Part shown: one piece after another, positions 11,474 to 29,125 of the stretch
Layout: each line of letters opens with the position of its first letter
Position numbering within the stretch: the stretch's first letter is position 1
Assembly: GCA_014905635.1 (NCBI GenBank)
Contig: JABVCE010000003.1
Location: forward strand, 1,736,001-1,800,000
Reading direction: 5' to 3'
DNA length: 64,000 bases
Origin: Scenedesmus sp. PABB004
Lineage: Eukaryota
Program-made: the position numbers and the translations under genes
The notes under the pieces: model-generated
Told to the model about the DNA's origin: nothing
The model's input: only the letters and a program-made list of their open reading frames with translations
Database searches by the model: none

Positions 11474-12806
11474 ATGCCGCAGGCGGCCGTGCTTCTGCTG
11501 CTGCTGCTGGCCGCGGGCGGCAGCAGCGCGACCGCAGCTGCCGGAGCTGCCGTCACGAGCTGCGAGAGCTGCGGCGCCTCCCGGTTTCCGTTCCCGGCAG
11601 CCTGTGTTGTCTCGGGGACGACGGTGGACCCGGCCGCGCCGGGTTGCTGCGCCGACGGCGCGGCCGTCTCACTCGTCGGCGCGCTGCTCGACGCGCTCGG
11701 CGGCGCCGCGCTGGAGGCGACGCAGGCGACCGTCGCCGCCGGCAACTCGCCCTTTGGCGCCGCAATCCTGGCCAACAGCGCGCCGGCGTACCCGCTGCTG
11801 CACGCCGACGCCAACCGCGTCACCACGGCCAACACGCCGACCGCGCACGGTGCGCCGCGCCGCGCCGCGCTGCTCGCCGCGCGCCGCGCGCCGCGCCGCC
11901 AAGGCGCCCACTCCCCCCTTGCCTCCCGCGCGCGCGCGCCAGGCGAGATCAGCACCATCAACAGCTTCTTTGCAACGTACCCCGACGCCGCCACGCGCAC
12001 GCCCCCGGGGGACACCATCTTCCTCGCCACCCACGCGCCCTGCTCCATGTGCCTCTCCGGCCTCGCCTTCGGCGGCTTCAGGCGCGCGGCGCCGCCGCCG
12101 CCGCCGCCGCTGCCGCCACGCCGCGCGCGGCCAGCCCGCCGCCCGCCGCCCCCGCGCCGCGGGCCCGCCCCGACCTGTCCGCCGTCCCGCGCGCCCGCCG
12201 CGCTCGCCCGCGTCGTGCCTGCCCCCGCCAGGCGCGTGGTGTATGCGTTTGACTTTGAGCTCTCCATCAACGGCGGCGACGGCGGCGACATCCTCGACGC
12301 GGCGGTGCTCGAGGAGGTGCGGCGCGCGGGCGCCCGCTGAGCCAGCACCGCCCGCGGCGCGCAGGCTGCGCAGGGCCGCGGCCCGAGGGCGCGGGCGGAG
12401 CTGCGGCTGCCCCGGCGCGACGCGGCGCGGCGCGCCGCTGGCTGACCACGCCGCGCGTGCCCAGGTGTTTACGACGCGCTGCGCGCGCGTGGACCACACG
12501 AGCGGCATGCTGACCATGGTCCCCCTCGCGGCGGCGCTGCAGCTGGCGCCCTGCGCCGGCGACGCGGCGCTCGGCGCGGCCATGGACGCCGCGCGGGCGC
12601 GCTTTGCGGCCATCACGGAGCGCTACGCCGAGCTGGGGCGCACCTTCCAGGCGCGCATGACCAGCGACGGCGGCGGCGGCGGCGTGCAGCTGCTCGCGGG
12701 CGCGTGCGTGGGCTGCGCGCCCTTCCCGCGCCCCGAGTGCGCGCGCAGCTACGACCCGTCCGCCGCGCTCAAAGCCGGCGGCGGCGGCGCCAGGGACGAG
12801 CTGTGA
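11474..12806 (+). CDS. Zinc-dependent cytidine/deoxycytidylate-deaminase-fold nucleoside/nucleobase deaminase with predicted signal peptide (alternative ATG 11459)
   Basis: GNSPFGAAIL, AHG|E (HxE), THAPCSMCLS (PCxxC); N-terminus MPQAAVLLLLLLAAGGSSATA; introns 11850-11942, 12082-12231 (GC-AG) and about 12317-12464. Confidence 0.82.
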
Positions 12807-12942
12807 CGCTGCGACCGGCCGCCTCACGCGCGCGCGTGCTCGGTCACACCACGCTCACACGCACGCCCCTGCGCGGGGAGCTGTGCTGGCAGCCAGGCGC
12901 AGCCAGCAGCCCGCCGGCGGCCCGGCCGCTCGCCCCTCCTCC

Positions 12943-15241
12943 TCAGTCCTCCTCCGCCAGCGCGCCGGTGTAGGCCGCCAGCTCGTCCAGCAGCAGCCGC
13001 ACGACCGCCATGTCGCCCGTGAGCTGCACCGCCGCGGCGCCGCCGCTGATGCTCACCTGCGCGCGGCGCGGCGCGGCGAGGCGGCGGGACGGGGCGGCAC
13101 GAAGTGACGCGAGCGCCAGCCAGCCAGCGCGGGCGGGCGGGAAAACAGCCGCGGCCGCGCCGGCACGCGCCCCCGCGCGCCGCGTGCGCGCCTGCAGCAG
13201 GCGGCCCTTGCGCCCGCGGTGCTCGCCGCCAACCAGCATGACTGCCGCGCCGGCCTCCTTGGGCACCACCGTCTCCAGCTGGTCCTGGTGCGCCGACACG
13301 ACCTGCGGCGGCGGCGCGGCGCGGCGCGGCGCGCGCTCGGCGCCACGAGCGGCCCCGCGGCCGCGCGCGCGCGCGCCGCCCGTTTGCCGCCTCGCTGCAC
13401 AGGGCAGCACGCGCACGCGGGCGCAGCACGCGGGCGCAGCACGCGCCTGGCGGGTGTCGTCGAGTCGCACGTCGCAGGTGCCGTCGGGGGCGACGTCCAG
13501 CACGACGCCCTTCTTGAGGTACAGCCGCCCCCCGCCCAGGGCCTTGTCCACCAGCCGCACGCGGATGGCCGCCGCCGCCCACAGCCGCGCCGGCGGCAGC
13601 GCGCGCCGCGCCGCCGGCCGGCCGCCGCCGCGCCCGCCGCTGCGGCTGCGGCTGCGGCTGCGGCTGCGGCGGCGCTCCTTGCCGCCGCCGCGCTCCCTGC
13701 TGCGGCTGCGGCTGCGGCGGCGCTCGCGCGCGCGGTCCCGGTCGCGGCTCCTGCTGCGCCCCCGCTCCTTGCCGCCTCGGCTGCGGTCGCGCTCCCGCCG
13801 CTCGCCGCCCTTGCTGCCGCTGCGCTCGCGCGAGCGCTCCCGCTTGCGGGGCGCCGGCGCCGCCTGCGGCGCGCCCCGGTCCGCGAGCTCGTCCGCCGCG
13901 ACCTCGACCTGCTCCCCCGACGGCCGCAGCTCCACGAGCCAGCGCGCGGGGCCTGGCGGGCGGCGCGCGGCGCGGCGCGGCGTCAGCAGCGCGCGGGCCG
14001 CGCCCCGCCCGCGCCGCGCGCCCGCCCCCCTCCCTGGCGGCGCCGCGCGCACCGCTGGCGCCGTCCGGGCGCGGCGCGGCGCTGCGCACGACACAGGCCA
14101 GCCCCGCGTGGCGGCCGCCGACGACGGCCATCGCCTTGCCGGGCGCGGGCCCCGGCACGATCGCGGCGCGGGGCACCAGCGCCTCGTCCAGGCCGACGCG
14201 GTGCCGCACGCGCCCGTCCGCGTCCGGCGCGGCGACCAGGTCGGCCTGCTTGGGCTTGTCGCCTGCGCGGCGCGGCGGGCGCGGACGCAGCCGCTGGGCA
14301 CGGGCGGCAATGCCGTGCGCGCCGCGTGGCGGCGCCGTGCGCCGCCGCCGGCGCCCCCCGCGGCGCGTGCGGCGCGCGGCCCGCACCCATCTTGCGCGGA
14401 CGCTTGTCCGGCGGCGGCGCGGCGGGGTTGGCGCCGAGGCCGAGGCGGTCGGGCCGGCGCACCGCCTGCTTCGGCTCCACCACCTGGCGCGTGCGGCCGA
14501 CGCCCTCGCCCTCCGCCCAGCCCAGCCCGCGCAGCAGGGCCTTTCCAAACTCCTCCACAGGCAGCGCCTCATAGTCCTGCGGGGGTGGGGGGAGGCACAA
14601 GGCCTGGTCAGCCGCCGCCCCGCGCCGGCCGCCGCGCCCGCCGCAGCCGCCGCGGCCGCCGCCGCCGCAGCGCGTCGCGCTGCCAGGCCCTCCACCGCCG
14701 CCGCCACCGCCGGCCGCTGCCGCCGCCCCCGTCGCCACCGCACCTCCAGGTCGGCCGCGTCCGGCAGCGCCTCGAGGTCTGCCTTGAGCTGCGCCGCCTC
14801 GTCGCCGCGCCCGCCCGGCGCGGGCAAGATCGGCGCGTCGCCGTTGCCGCGCGCGCCGCCGTCGCGCTCGCCGTCGCGGGGCTCGCGCCGGTCGCGCAGC
14901 TGCAGGCCGTACGCCGTGACGGCCGGCGCGTCGGGCGCGGCGGCGCGCTCGTAGCGGTCCTCCGCGTGCCCCGTCACCGCCGCCGCGCTCGACTCGGGCA
15001 CAAAGGTCGGCACAAACTTGCCGACGCCGGCCTTGTAGGTGTTTTGCAGCGCCGGGATGACGCGCGCCGCGCGCTCCTCGGGCGGCGGCTCCGCGCCGAC
15101 AAAGCCGTGCGCCGCGACGCCGGTGATCAGCTGCCGGTCGTCCCGCGGCGCCGGCTCGGCGTTCACCGCGACCCGGGGCCGCGCCTTGCCCGATATCTTG
15201 AAGCCCAGCGACAGCGAAGCCTTGCCGTCGCCGTCCGCCAT
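12943..15241 (-). CDS. MOS2: G-patch and KOW domain splicing factor (GPKOW/MOS2/Spp2 homolog)
   Basis: DYEALPVEEFGKALLRGLGWAEGEGVG (G-patch), RRPDRLGLGA, RS-rich tract, C-terminal WAAAAIRVRLVDK...YLKKGVVLDV and QDQLETVVPK (KOW); about 5 introns. Confidence 0.88.
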
Positions 15242-15965
15242 CGCGCCGCCGCTGCTGCTGCTGCCGCCGGCGCCGCTGCTGCCGCCACGCTGCCCCTCGC
15301 CCGCTGGCGCGCGCCTTGAGCCTGCCGCGACACCTTCACGCTGTGGTGCGGGCGCACCTGGCGCGGCGCCGCGGGAGCAGGTCTGGAGCTTGCCAGAGGC
15401 CAACTTGATGCCGGGGCGCCGCTCTGGGCCGCCCACGGGCTGCGGCGACCTGCTCAGGCCGTGCAGGCCGCTGACATGGATCGGTGGCTGCTGCGGGACG
15501 AGCAGGCGACGGGCAGGCGGTGCGGTGCGGCGGGCGCAGTCGCCGCCGCTGTTCTCGGGCGAGCGCGCGCGCGTGGCGCGCAGCGTTCGGGCCTTGTGAG
15601 TGCTGCGCAGACAGCTGTCAGCCCCTGCTGGCCAGCGGCACGGCATGCACGCGCAGGCGGCGCGTGGCTCAGCGCCGCTGAGCCGCCGGGGTTGAGCGCG
15701 CTACACCGCCCACAGCCGGGTCTCGTGCGCCGCCCACGCCCTTGCCACTGGCCCTTGCCCGGCCAGATGGCATCGCGCCCAGCCCAACCCCTCTCTGTGC
15801 CCGCCCCCTGAGCCCCTGGCGGCGCAATCTGCTTGCCCGAGCTGGCGGCGCCGGCAGCGCCACACACAGCGTCTCCTAGATAAATAAAGCAACCAGCCCT
15901 GCCCTCCGCCCCGCCGCACAGCCGACGGCAATGATACCACGTGTGCCCACAGGTGTGCACACACC

Positions 15966-17198
15966 TCACAGCCCGCCGGACGGCCCGCCCGCCATGAGCG
16001 CCGTCGGCAGCAGGCACTTGGGCCCCGTCTCGCGGGTCACGGTCGGCGGCGTGGCCGTGGTCATGGGCCAATCCTCCACCGCGCGGCCGTCGCCCCACGC
16101 GGTCACGGCGACCCTGCGGCGCGCGCGACGTGCCGTGCGCGGGGGGTTGCCGCGAGGGCGCGCGACGCCGCCGGGCGCCGCCGCTGCCGCGCCGTGCTGC
16201 GCTGCCGGCCCTGGCGCGTGCGTGGGCGCGCCGCCGCACCTGCCGTCCTTGCCGCGGCGGCCGCGCTGGTCGCCGCCCGCCAGCGCTGCCAGGCTGATCG
16301 CGGCGGGCAGCGCCAGCAGCACCGCCTCCAGCAGGCCAGTGTAGGGCAGCAGCGGCGCCCAGCCCGCGCGGCTGCACAGGTCGGCGCCCACGGCCGCGCA
16401 GCCGCCGCAGCCAGGCGCCTCTGCGAGCTGCGCCGTCGTGCAGGTCCCGGCCAGCGCGCAGGCGCACGCGGCGCAGCCCGCCGACGCCGCCTGCGACAGG
16501 GAGCACCTGCGGGCGGCGCGGCGCGGCGCGGGGCGGGCCGGCTCTGGCGGCTGCGCGTCGCCGGCTGCCTCTGCCGCCGCGGCCCGCCCGCGCGCGCCAC
16601 GCCGCGCGGCCGCAGCCAGCGGGGCGCTCGAGCGGCGCGCGTGAGCTCACGCGCGCCGCAGGTCCAGGAAGGCCTGTGTGTTGAAGCTGCCGGTCAGCGC
16701 GCCCGCGGTGACCGACACGACCACGTGCAGCGACCGCCAGGCCGCGCGGCGCGACAGCGCGGCGCCCACGCCCTGCGGTGACACGCGCGCGGCGCGCGCT
16801 GCGCGTGAGCGCCAGCTGCCGGGCGGCCGGGCGCAGGCGCGAGGAGAAGCCTGCGGCGCACCAGCAGGCAGACGAGCAGCGCGGCGCCGCCGGTCGCGAT
16901 GAGGCCGTGCATGTGGGACCGCGCGCCGCCAAACACAAGGAACCAGTGCATGAGCGGCACCCCCACCGCGCCCGCCAGCTGCACCATCACGCCCGCCAGC
17001 GCCTGTGACGCGGATTGGTGGCGGCGGGGGGGGGGGGTGCGGCGCGGGCGCGGGCGCGCGGGCGGGGCCGGCTGCGCGCCGCGCCAGCGACGGCGCCGGC
17101 GGCGCGGCGCGGCCGGCAGCCCGCCCCACAGCTCGCCCGAGCGCGCCCAGCTCGTGGCGCAGCTCCCCGCCGCGCACCAGCAGGCGCAGGCGCGCCAT
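15966..17198 (-). CDS. Hypothetical multi-pass membrane protein with a Cys-rich loop
   Basis: Hydrophobic exons (VMVQLAGAVGVPLMHWFLVFGG; LHVVVSVTAGALTGSFNTQAFLDLRR; LLPYTGLLEAVLLALPAAISLAAL) bounded by plausible splice sites; family not recognised. Confidence 0.5.
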
Positions 17199-17901
17199 GG
17201 CGGGGGGGAACGCAGGGGCCGACCAGCAGTCGCGTTACTGGCCCGTGGCCGCGGCGAGCTGCTCGGGAGCTGCCGTTCGACGTGTCTAGCTCGATGCCGA
17301 CTGACGAACTCTGGCGGCCGGCAGCGGCGGCAGCGGGAGAGGTCTGCGCGGCGTCTCCGGGACTGCCGCGCCGTTGTACAGGCGATCGCTGCCTCCCCTC
17401 GCCTTCACAGACGCGTCCACGCACAGGCTCGCTCGGCTGCGCTGCCGCTACGCGCGCCAGGGAGTCCGCGCCTCGCCGCGTGCGGGCGCCTGCGCACGCC
17501 GGATCCCCGCCACGACCGTCCGGCGTGGGCGAGCTAGCGCCTGGAGGGCCGCTGCGTAGGTGCGCGTGGCGCGGCCTGCGGGCGTGCTGCTGATTCGCCT
17601 GCGGCCTGAACGCCGCCCTGCAGCGCCCTGCGCCCCACGCGGCCTGCCGGAGCCGCCCGGGCGCAGTGCTAGGGCTCGGAAGCCGCGGCCCCAGCCGCCA
17701 GCGGGCCCGCCGCGCGCCGCCGGGGCCGCCGCGCGCCGCCGCTGCTCGCGCAGCGGTTGGCGCGCGCGCTCGCCGCCGCGGTCCACGCCGCCCGCGCGCC
17801 GCCGCCCGGCGCCAGGCGGACCAGCCGGGGGGCGGTCGGCAGGCAGCCTCCGCACACGGAGGAGGAGCTCGGCGCGCGCCGCCGCTCGGCGCCGCGCCGC
17901 G

Positions 17902-20475
<2,574 letters not shown>

Positions 20476-21286
20476 GCGCGCAGGAGCGGCGCCGGCGCAG
20501 CGCGGCCGGCCGGCCGCGGCGGCGTCCGACAGCCTGGCGCCGGGCGTGCCGGCGGCGGCGATGCGGCAGCGGCGGCAGCCGTGCCCCCGGGTGGCCCGGC
20601 CATGTCGGCGACGACGGGGGTGGGTGGGCGCCGCGGGCGGCGTCCGCGTTTGACTGCCTGTCTCCTCGGCGTCCGCGCCGCCCGCCGCTCGGCAGCGCGC
20701 GACTCAGCGGCAAAACACCTGCTCGCGCGCGTCGCCGCCCTCTCCACCGCGTCCACCGCGCCCCTCCTCCTCACCCAGCGCTCGCTCGCCCCAGCTCGTC
20801 CCGCCGCCCGCGCCGGCTCCCTCGCCGGCAGTCGCTCACGCGACCAGGAAGCGACCGTCGCGCTCGGGGTGAGGCGCACGGCGCGAAATGCGCGGCGGGC
20901 GAGCCGTGCGGCACTGCGAGAAAAAAAACTGCCGTTGGGGGCCGAACTCTCCCGCTCCAGCATCAGCGCTCCTCGGCGCCGCGCCGGTGCTTGACGCGGG
21001 CTGCCTGCGTTCGCGTCGGGCGGGCGCCCGGCCGTCGCGTGGCTGCCTTGGGGCTGGGCGGGACCGAGCAGCGGCGGCGTCGACCGCGGCCGCGCCGCGC
21101 TGTGGCGTGGCGAGGCGAGGGCGTGGGGCCTGCCCTGCCGAGCCCATTCATGGCAGAGCCCGTGTCGCGATGCCCCCTGCACTCACCTGGCGCCGCTCAC
21201 GCGCGCAATGCCGCGCACCGCTGGCCGCAGGCGCCCCCGGACACCAGCGCAGCAGCTGCCCTCGGCCCGCGGCGCGCCGCGCCACC

Positions 21287-21763
21287 ATGGGCGGCTACGT
21301 GAGCAAGGCGAGCGAGGCGGCGGCGCAGAAGTTTGGCACGCCCGCGGACGCCGCCGGCGGCGCCAAGGTCTCGTTCGCCGACCCGCCCGCGAGCGAGGCC
21401 AAGCGCGCGCGGCCCGCGGCGTCGCCCTCGGCGGCGCCGCCCGAGGGCGTGCTCAAGCGCACGCCGCGCGCCGCGCCGGCGGCGGCCAAGCCCGCGCCCG
21501 CGGCGCGCCGCGGCGGGCCGCGGCGCAAGGCCGCCGCCAAGGCGCCGGCCGCGGCGCCGGCGCCGGCGCCCGCGGAGGAGCTGGTCGTGGTCGACCGGGC
21601 CGTGGCGGGCGACGGCAAGCCCCCCAAGGCTGCCACGCCCAAGCGGGGCCCGTCGTCCACGCCGGTGCGCAAGGGCGGCATGAAGCGGGTGGCCAAGCGT
21701 GCGCTCAAGCAGACCAACGCGCCCAAGCCCAAGACCGCCGCGCCCCGGGGCCGCAAGCAGTGA
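21287..21763 (+). CDS. Small intronless basic Lys/Ala/Pro-rich protein (158 aa) with an N-myristoylation consensus
   Basis: GCCACCATGG start context; MGGYVSK fits MGxxxS; codon usage (AAG Lys, GC-ending codons) matches the real genes; TGA 21761-21763. Confidence 0.7.
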   Translation: MGGYVSKASEAAAQKFGTPADAAGGAKVSFADPPASEAKRARPAASPSAAPPEGVLKRTPRAAPAAAKPAPAARRGGPRRKAAAKAPAAAPAPAPAEELVVVDRAVAGDGKPPKAATPKRGPSSTPVRKGGMKRVAKRALKQTNAPKPKTAAPRGRKQ

Positions 21764-22178
21764 CGGTGCTCGAGGGCGAGGAGGGCGAGGCGAGGGCCAG
21801 CGGGCCTACTTCATAGCTGACAGGCGCCGCGGAGCTCACGCGCCAGGCGCCCGCGCCGGCGCGGGGCGGGCGCCAGTTTTGGGCTGGCTTCGGCGGCGGC
21901 GCGTCGACCGGCCGGCGAGCTGAGCGGTGATCATGGATGCACTGTGTCTGTCGCGCTCTCTCTCTCTCTGTGTCTGTCTGTCTGAGCCCGCAGCTGCTCC
22001 ACAACGAGCATCGATGTTCTGTTCTGCTCTGTGCGTGCGGCGGCTGCACTCGGGCACGCCCCACGCACGCGTGCCTCGGGGCGGCTGGCGCGGGTAACGC
22101 GGGGCTGTCGGCGCACCCGCCCCGCCTCGGCAGTCACTCAGCCAGTCACCTCCCGCGTCGCCGCCGCCGCACGACCGC

Positions 22179-24657
22179 TCACAGCACCGCCGCGAGCAGC
22201 AGCGCGGCGGCCGCGCCGGCCGCGAGCAGGCCCGCGCCGCGCGCCCGCCGGCGGTGGGGGGCCGCCGAGGTTGAGCTGGTGGTGAGGAAGGGATAGAACA
22301 GGTCTGGCGGCAGCGGCGCGGCCAGCGGCGGCGCGGGCCGCAGCGACGCGACGGGCGCGGGCTGGTCGGCCGGCACGAACGCCGCGGCGAAGCGCAGGCG
22401 GAAGAGCTGCAGCGCCCCGCCGGCCATGGTGTTGAAGCGCCACTCGCCGCGCGCGAAGCAGGCCGTCGCGTAGAGCAGCTTGGCCTGCAGGTTGCCCGAC
22501 GCAAACGCGACGCCCGTGAGCAGGCGCAGGTCAAAGCCGGTGACCACGCCGCTGCACGTCGCCGTCGCCTCGTCCCAGGCCAGCCCGCCGGCGGGTGGCC
22601 AGCCCGACGTCACGAGCGGCAGCCACTGGCCCGCCGCCGCGGCGTCGGCGTTGCCCCAGATTCCCAGCACGACCTGGCGCACCGGCGGTGGCAGGGGCGG
22701 CGGCGGCAGCGGCGCGCGGCGTGGGCGGCGGCCAGCGGCGGCGCGGCGCAGCTCTCTCGACGCGGCGTGCCGCCCGGCGGGCTGGCGCGCGCCTGCTGCG
22801 AGGTGAGGTCGTCCAGCCAGCCGCCGAGCAGGTCGCGCAGCGTCTTGCCGGGGTCGTCGGCGGTGCAGAAGGCGCGCAGCTGCGGCAGCGTGAGGCCGAC
22901 GGCGCAGGTGGTGGTGGCGTTGTAGCCAAAGCCCAGCCCCACCACGTCGGCGACGCTGGCGCTGCAGCGCCCCGCGTCGCCCGCGCCGGGGAGCTGCAGC
23001 CCGCCGCGCAGCCGCGAGACCGCGGCCGCGCCGCCGGGCCCGGCCGCGAGCACGCCAGCCAGCACGGGGAAGCCGGGGCGATACCCCGGCAGGCCGCTTA
23101 GGGGCGGCAGGTCGGCGTCGGGCGCCGACGCGTTGGCCCAGGAGACGGAGAAGCGCGTGGTCAGCACGAGCGGCGCGCCGCCGGGCGGCAGCACCGCGTC
23201 TCCCAGCACGAGCGACACGCCCGCCGACGCGAGCTGCCCGCGCCCGCCGCCCGTGGCGCTGCCGCCCACGCCGAGGGTGTAGCGGAACAGAAAGTGCGCG
23301 GCGACCACGACCTGCGGCGGCGCGGGCGCGGGCGCGGCGGGCGGCGGGCGGCGGGCTGCAGTGGGCGGCAGTGGGCGCGCGCGCCCGCAGGCAGGCGCGG
23401 CGCGCCGGGCCGAGGGCGGGGCCGCGCCGCGGCGCCGCGGCGCACCCCGCGGCACGCGGCGGGCGGGCCCGCCGCGGGCGTCGGCGCCGCGAGGTCGGCC
23501 GCCGGGTCGAGCGCCGTGAGCGCGCCCGTGGCGGGGTCGGCGCGGGAGAGCGACGTCAGCGTGACGGGGCGGAAGCTGCTCGCCGCGGGGTGGGCGGGGA
23601 AGGAGAGCCCCACGAACCACGCCGGCGAGAGCGGCGAGTCGGCGTCGCCGCACAGCGCGGCGAGCTCGGCCGCGCTCCGGAACGTGCGCTCGCACGGCGC
23701 GTCAGCGCCGCACAGGCTGGCCGGCAGGCGCGCCATGAAGCCGACCTGCTGCGCGTCGAGGCACTCCGCGCTCAGCGCGCCCGACGGCAGCACGAGCGCG
23801 CCCGTGGCGCGGCCGCCGCCGGCGGGCGCGCTCGCGAGCAGCGGCTGGCCGTACTCGTAGCCGGCGGCCACCGGCGCCGCGGCGGGCGGCGCGGGGCAGG
23901 CGGCGGCCGCGGCGTTGGCGCCGACGTCGCCCGCCGGCGGGTCTGGCGGCGGCGGCGGCGGCGGCGGGGTGAGCGGCCGCGCGCGGGCCGCGCAGCGCCG
24001 GCCAGTCCCGCTGCTGTGCAGCACGCTGCCGCTGCTGCTGCGGCAGGCAGCGGCGCGCACTCCGCGCCGCACCCGGGTACGCGGCGCCGAGGCTGGGGTT
24101 GTGGTCCGCCGCGACGCAGAGCAGCTGTGTGAAGAAGTCGGCGCCGGCGGGGGCCTTGGCGATGCGGTAAAAGTCGCCCGACGGCAGGTTTACCTGCGCG
24201 GCGCGCACGCCGGAGAGCAAGGCGGCGCGTCGGCCGCGGTCAGCACGCAGCGCACGCGGCGCGCGCAGCGCGCGGACGCCTCTCGCCGCGCAGCGGCCCC
24301 CGCGGCCCCGGCAGCCCCGCCCACCCGGGCGAAGGGCTCGTCGGGGGTGCAGTACGTGAGCTGCTCCGGCGGCGGGCCCTCCGGCAGGCAGGCACCGGCG
24401 GCGCGAAAGCCCGCAACGAGCGGCGCGGGGCAGGCGGGGTCGCAGCAGCAGTTTGGCGTGCAGGCCCCGGCGTTGAGCAGGGCGCAGGTGCAGGTGGCCG
24501 TGAGGTTGGCGGCGGTGGCCGGCTCTGCGCCCGCCGCCGGCACGCGCGCCCAGTCGACGGGGAAGGTGGCGAAGCTGTTCTCCCCGCGCGCGCCGCCCAC
24601 GGCCGCCGCCGCGAGCGATGCGCACGCCAGGAGCGCGGATAGCAGCGCTCTCGACAT
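22179..24657 (-). CDS. TCTN: Tectonic-family ciliary transition-zone protein
   Basis: Signal peptide; CTCALLNAGACTPNCCCDPAC; LLCVAADHNPSLG; LSGLPGYRPGFPVLAG; FGYNATTTC; LPPDLFYPF followed by a hydrophobic C-terminal tail (TM or GPI signal); about 4 introns. Confidence 0.82.
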
Positions 24658-25202
24658 GTTCGCGAGCGCGGTCTCGCTGCCACGGCCCGTGGCGGCCTGG
24701 GGCAGGTCGGGTCAGGCCGCCATCAGCAGCGGCGCGCCGCCGCGCTGGCTGCTGGCGCAGGGGCGGACGTCCGATGAGGCGTCCGGAGAGGCTGTTGCGG
24801 GGATACTGCGGCGTTGAACGGCCCGTGCGTGGGCGCGCAGGGCGCGTGGGGTGGGGGCGCGACGCCGGTCAACGCGCTCGAGCGGCGGCAGCTGGGGCCT
24901 CCTGGGGCGCTCCTCTGGGCCGCACGAGCCCTGGGCGTAGAGCGTGAACTCACGGGCAAGGCGGGCGGGAGGAGGCGCGTGGGCCCTGGCCGCTGCGCCG
25001 CCGGCCCGCCGGCGCTCGCGTCCCCGCCGGGCTGCCTGCGCGGGCGAGCAGCGAGCGGTGCGGGAGGGCGCAGGGTTGGCCGCTCCGGCAGCCCGCTCGG
25101 CCAGCAACGGCGGCAGGCCCGGCGCAACGGCGCAGCGGCGGGAGGCGCGCGCGCGAGGTCGCAGCCAGCGAGCGCAGCGCTGGGGGCCGCCGCGCAGCCG
25201 GA

Positions 25203-25437
25203 CAATGGCGCGTTGAGCCGCGGCGTGTGCGTCGACGTCGGCGCCCGCGCCGTCCACGCACAGCATGCGCGCGAGCTGGGGCCGGCCAGGCGAGGCCCCT
25301 GACGACCGCCCGCCCCGCCCCGCCCGCGCCGCAGGCCCCCACTCGGGGGCGGAGACAGCATGGGCGCCACCGCCGCAGGGGCGCGGGCGAGCCTGCTGGC
25401 GCCGGCGGCGAGCGGGCGACGGCCGCGGCGGGCGCTG
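25203..25437. repeat. Dispersed intergenic repeat, copy A (inverted relative to copy B at about 49184-49572)
   Basis: Reverse complement aligns by eye to copy B, with blocks such as GGGGGCGGAGACAGCATGGGCGCC and CATGCGCGCGAGCTGGGGCCGGCCAGGCGAGG. Confidence 0.85.
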
Positions 25438-25714
25438 GTGCGGGGCGCGCCCTGCAAGCACAGAACCGCTGCCGTCACGACGCGGCCCGGCCGGCGCCCA
25501 AGCGCGGCGGCGAGGTGAGCACCGGCACAGTGTGCTCCCGCCCCGCAGCACCGGCGCAGCCGCCGACGACGCTGCAGCCGCCGCCCGTGCCGCCCGTGCC
25601 GCCGCCGCTGCTGTCCGCTGCTCGCGCGCCGACCGGCCGGCCCGGGCAGCGCGGCGCTTGCGCCCGCTCTCCATTGCCCGCCCCGCCGGCGGCGGTGCTC
25701 GTACAGGCAGCTAG

Positions 25715-28755
<3,041 letters not shown>

Positions 28756-28824
28756 TGAAGGGCATGGAGGGCATGAAGTGAGCCACGCTCACTCCCATGT
28801 GCCGCCCTGCCCTGCGGGGCGGCC

Positions 28825-28895
28825 GCCAGGGCCGGCTGCCAGGGCCGGCTGCGGGCTGCCAGGGGCAGCTGCCAGGGGCGGCTGCCAGGGGCGGC
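28825..28895. repeat. Imperfect minisatellite with a unit of about 13 bp (GCTGCCAGGGGCG-like) in the SRP54 3' region
   Basis: About five degenerate copies containing GCCAGGG. Confidence 0.6.
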
Positions 28896-29120
28896 CCCGG
28901 GCTGCGGGCTGCGGGGCGGGCCACAGTCGCCAGGGGGCGGCGGCGGGGGCCCCGCCGCCCCTGCTGCGGGGGCAGCGGGGCGGCGGCGGCGGCGCAGCGT
29001 GCACTGCTGATCGGTGCGCGGACCGCGCGCGGCGCGCGGCGCGCCTGCCTGGAACAGCGGCAGGGCCCGCGCTGCGCCGCCGGTGTACAGGCGCGGGACG
29101 GCGGCCCCTGGCGCCGAGGC

Positions 29121-29125
29121 TGTAA
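29121..29125 (+). promoter_or_regulatory. Candidate TGTAA polyadenylation signal for SRP54
   Basis: TGTAA about 365 nt after the stop codon. Confidence 0.5.

Noticed and set aside
25203..25437. Repeat copy A as SRP (7SL) RNA because it neighbours SRP54
   Set aside because: I could not identify the helix 8 motif, an Alu domain or a poly-T Pol III terminator; adjacency alone is not evidence. An Rfam search would be decisive.
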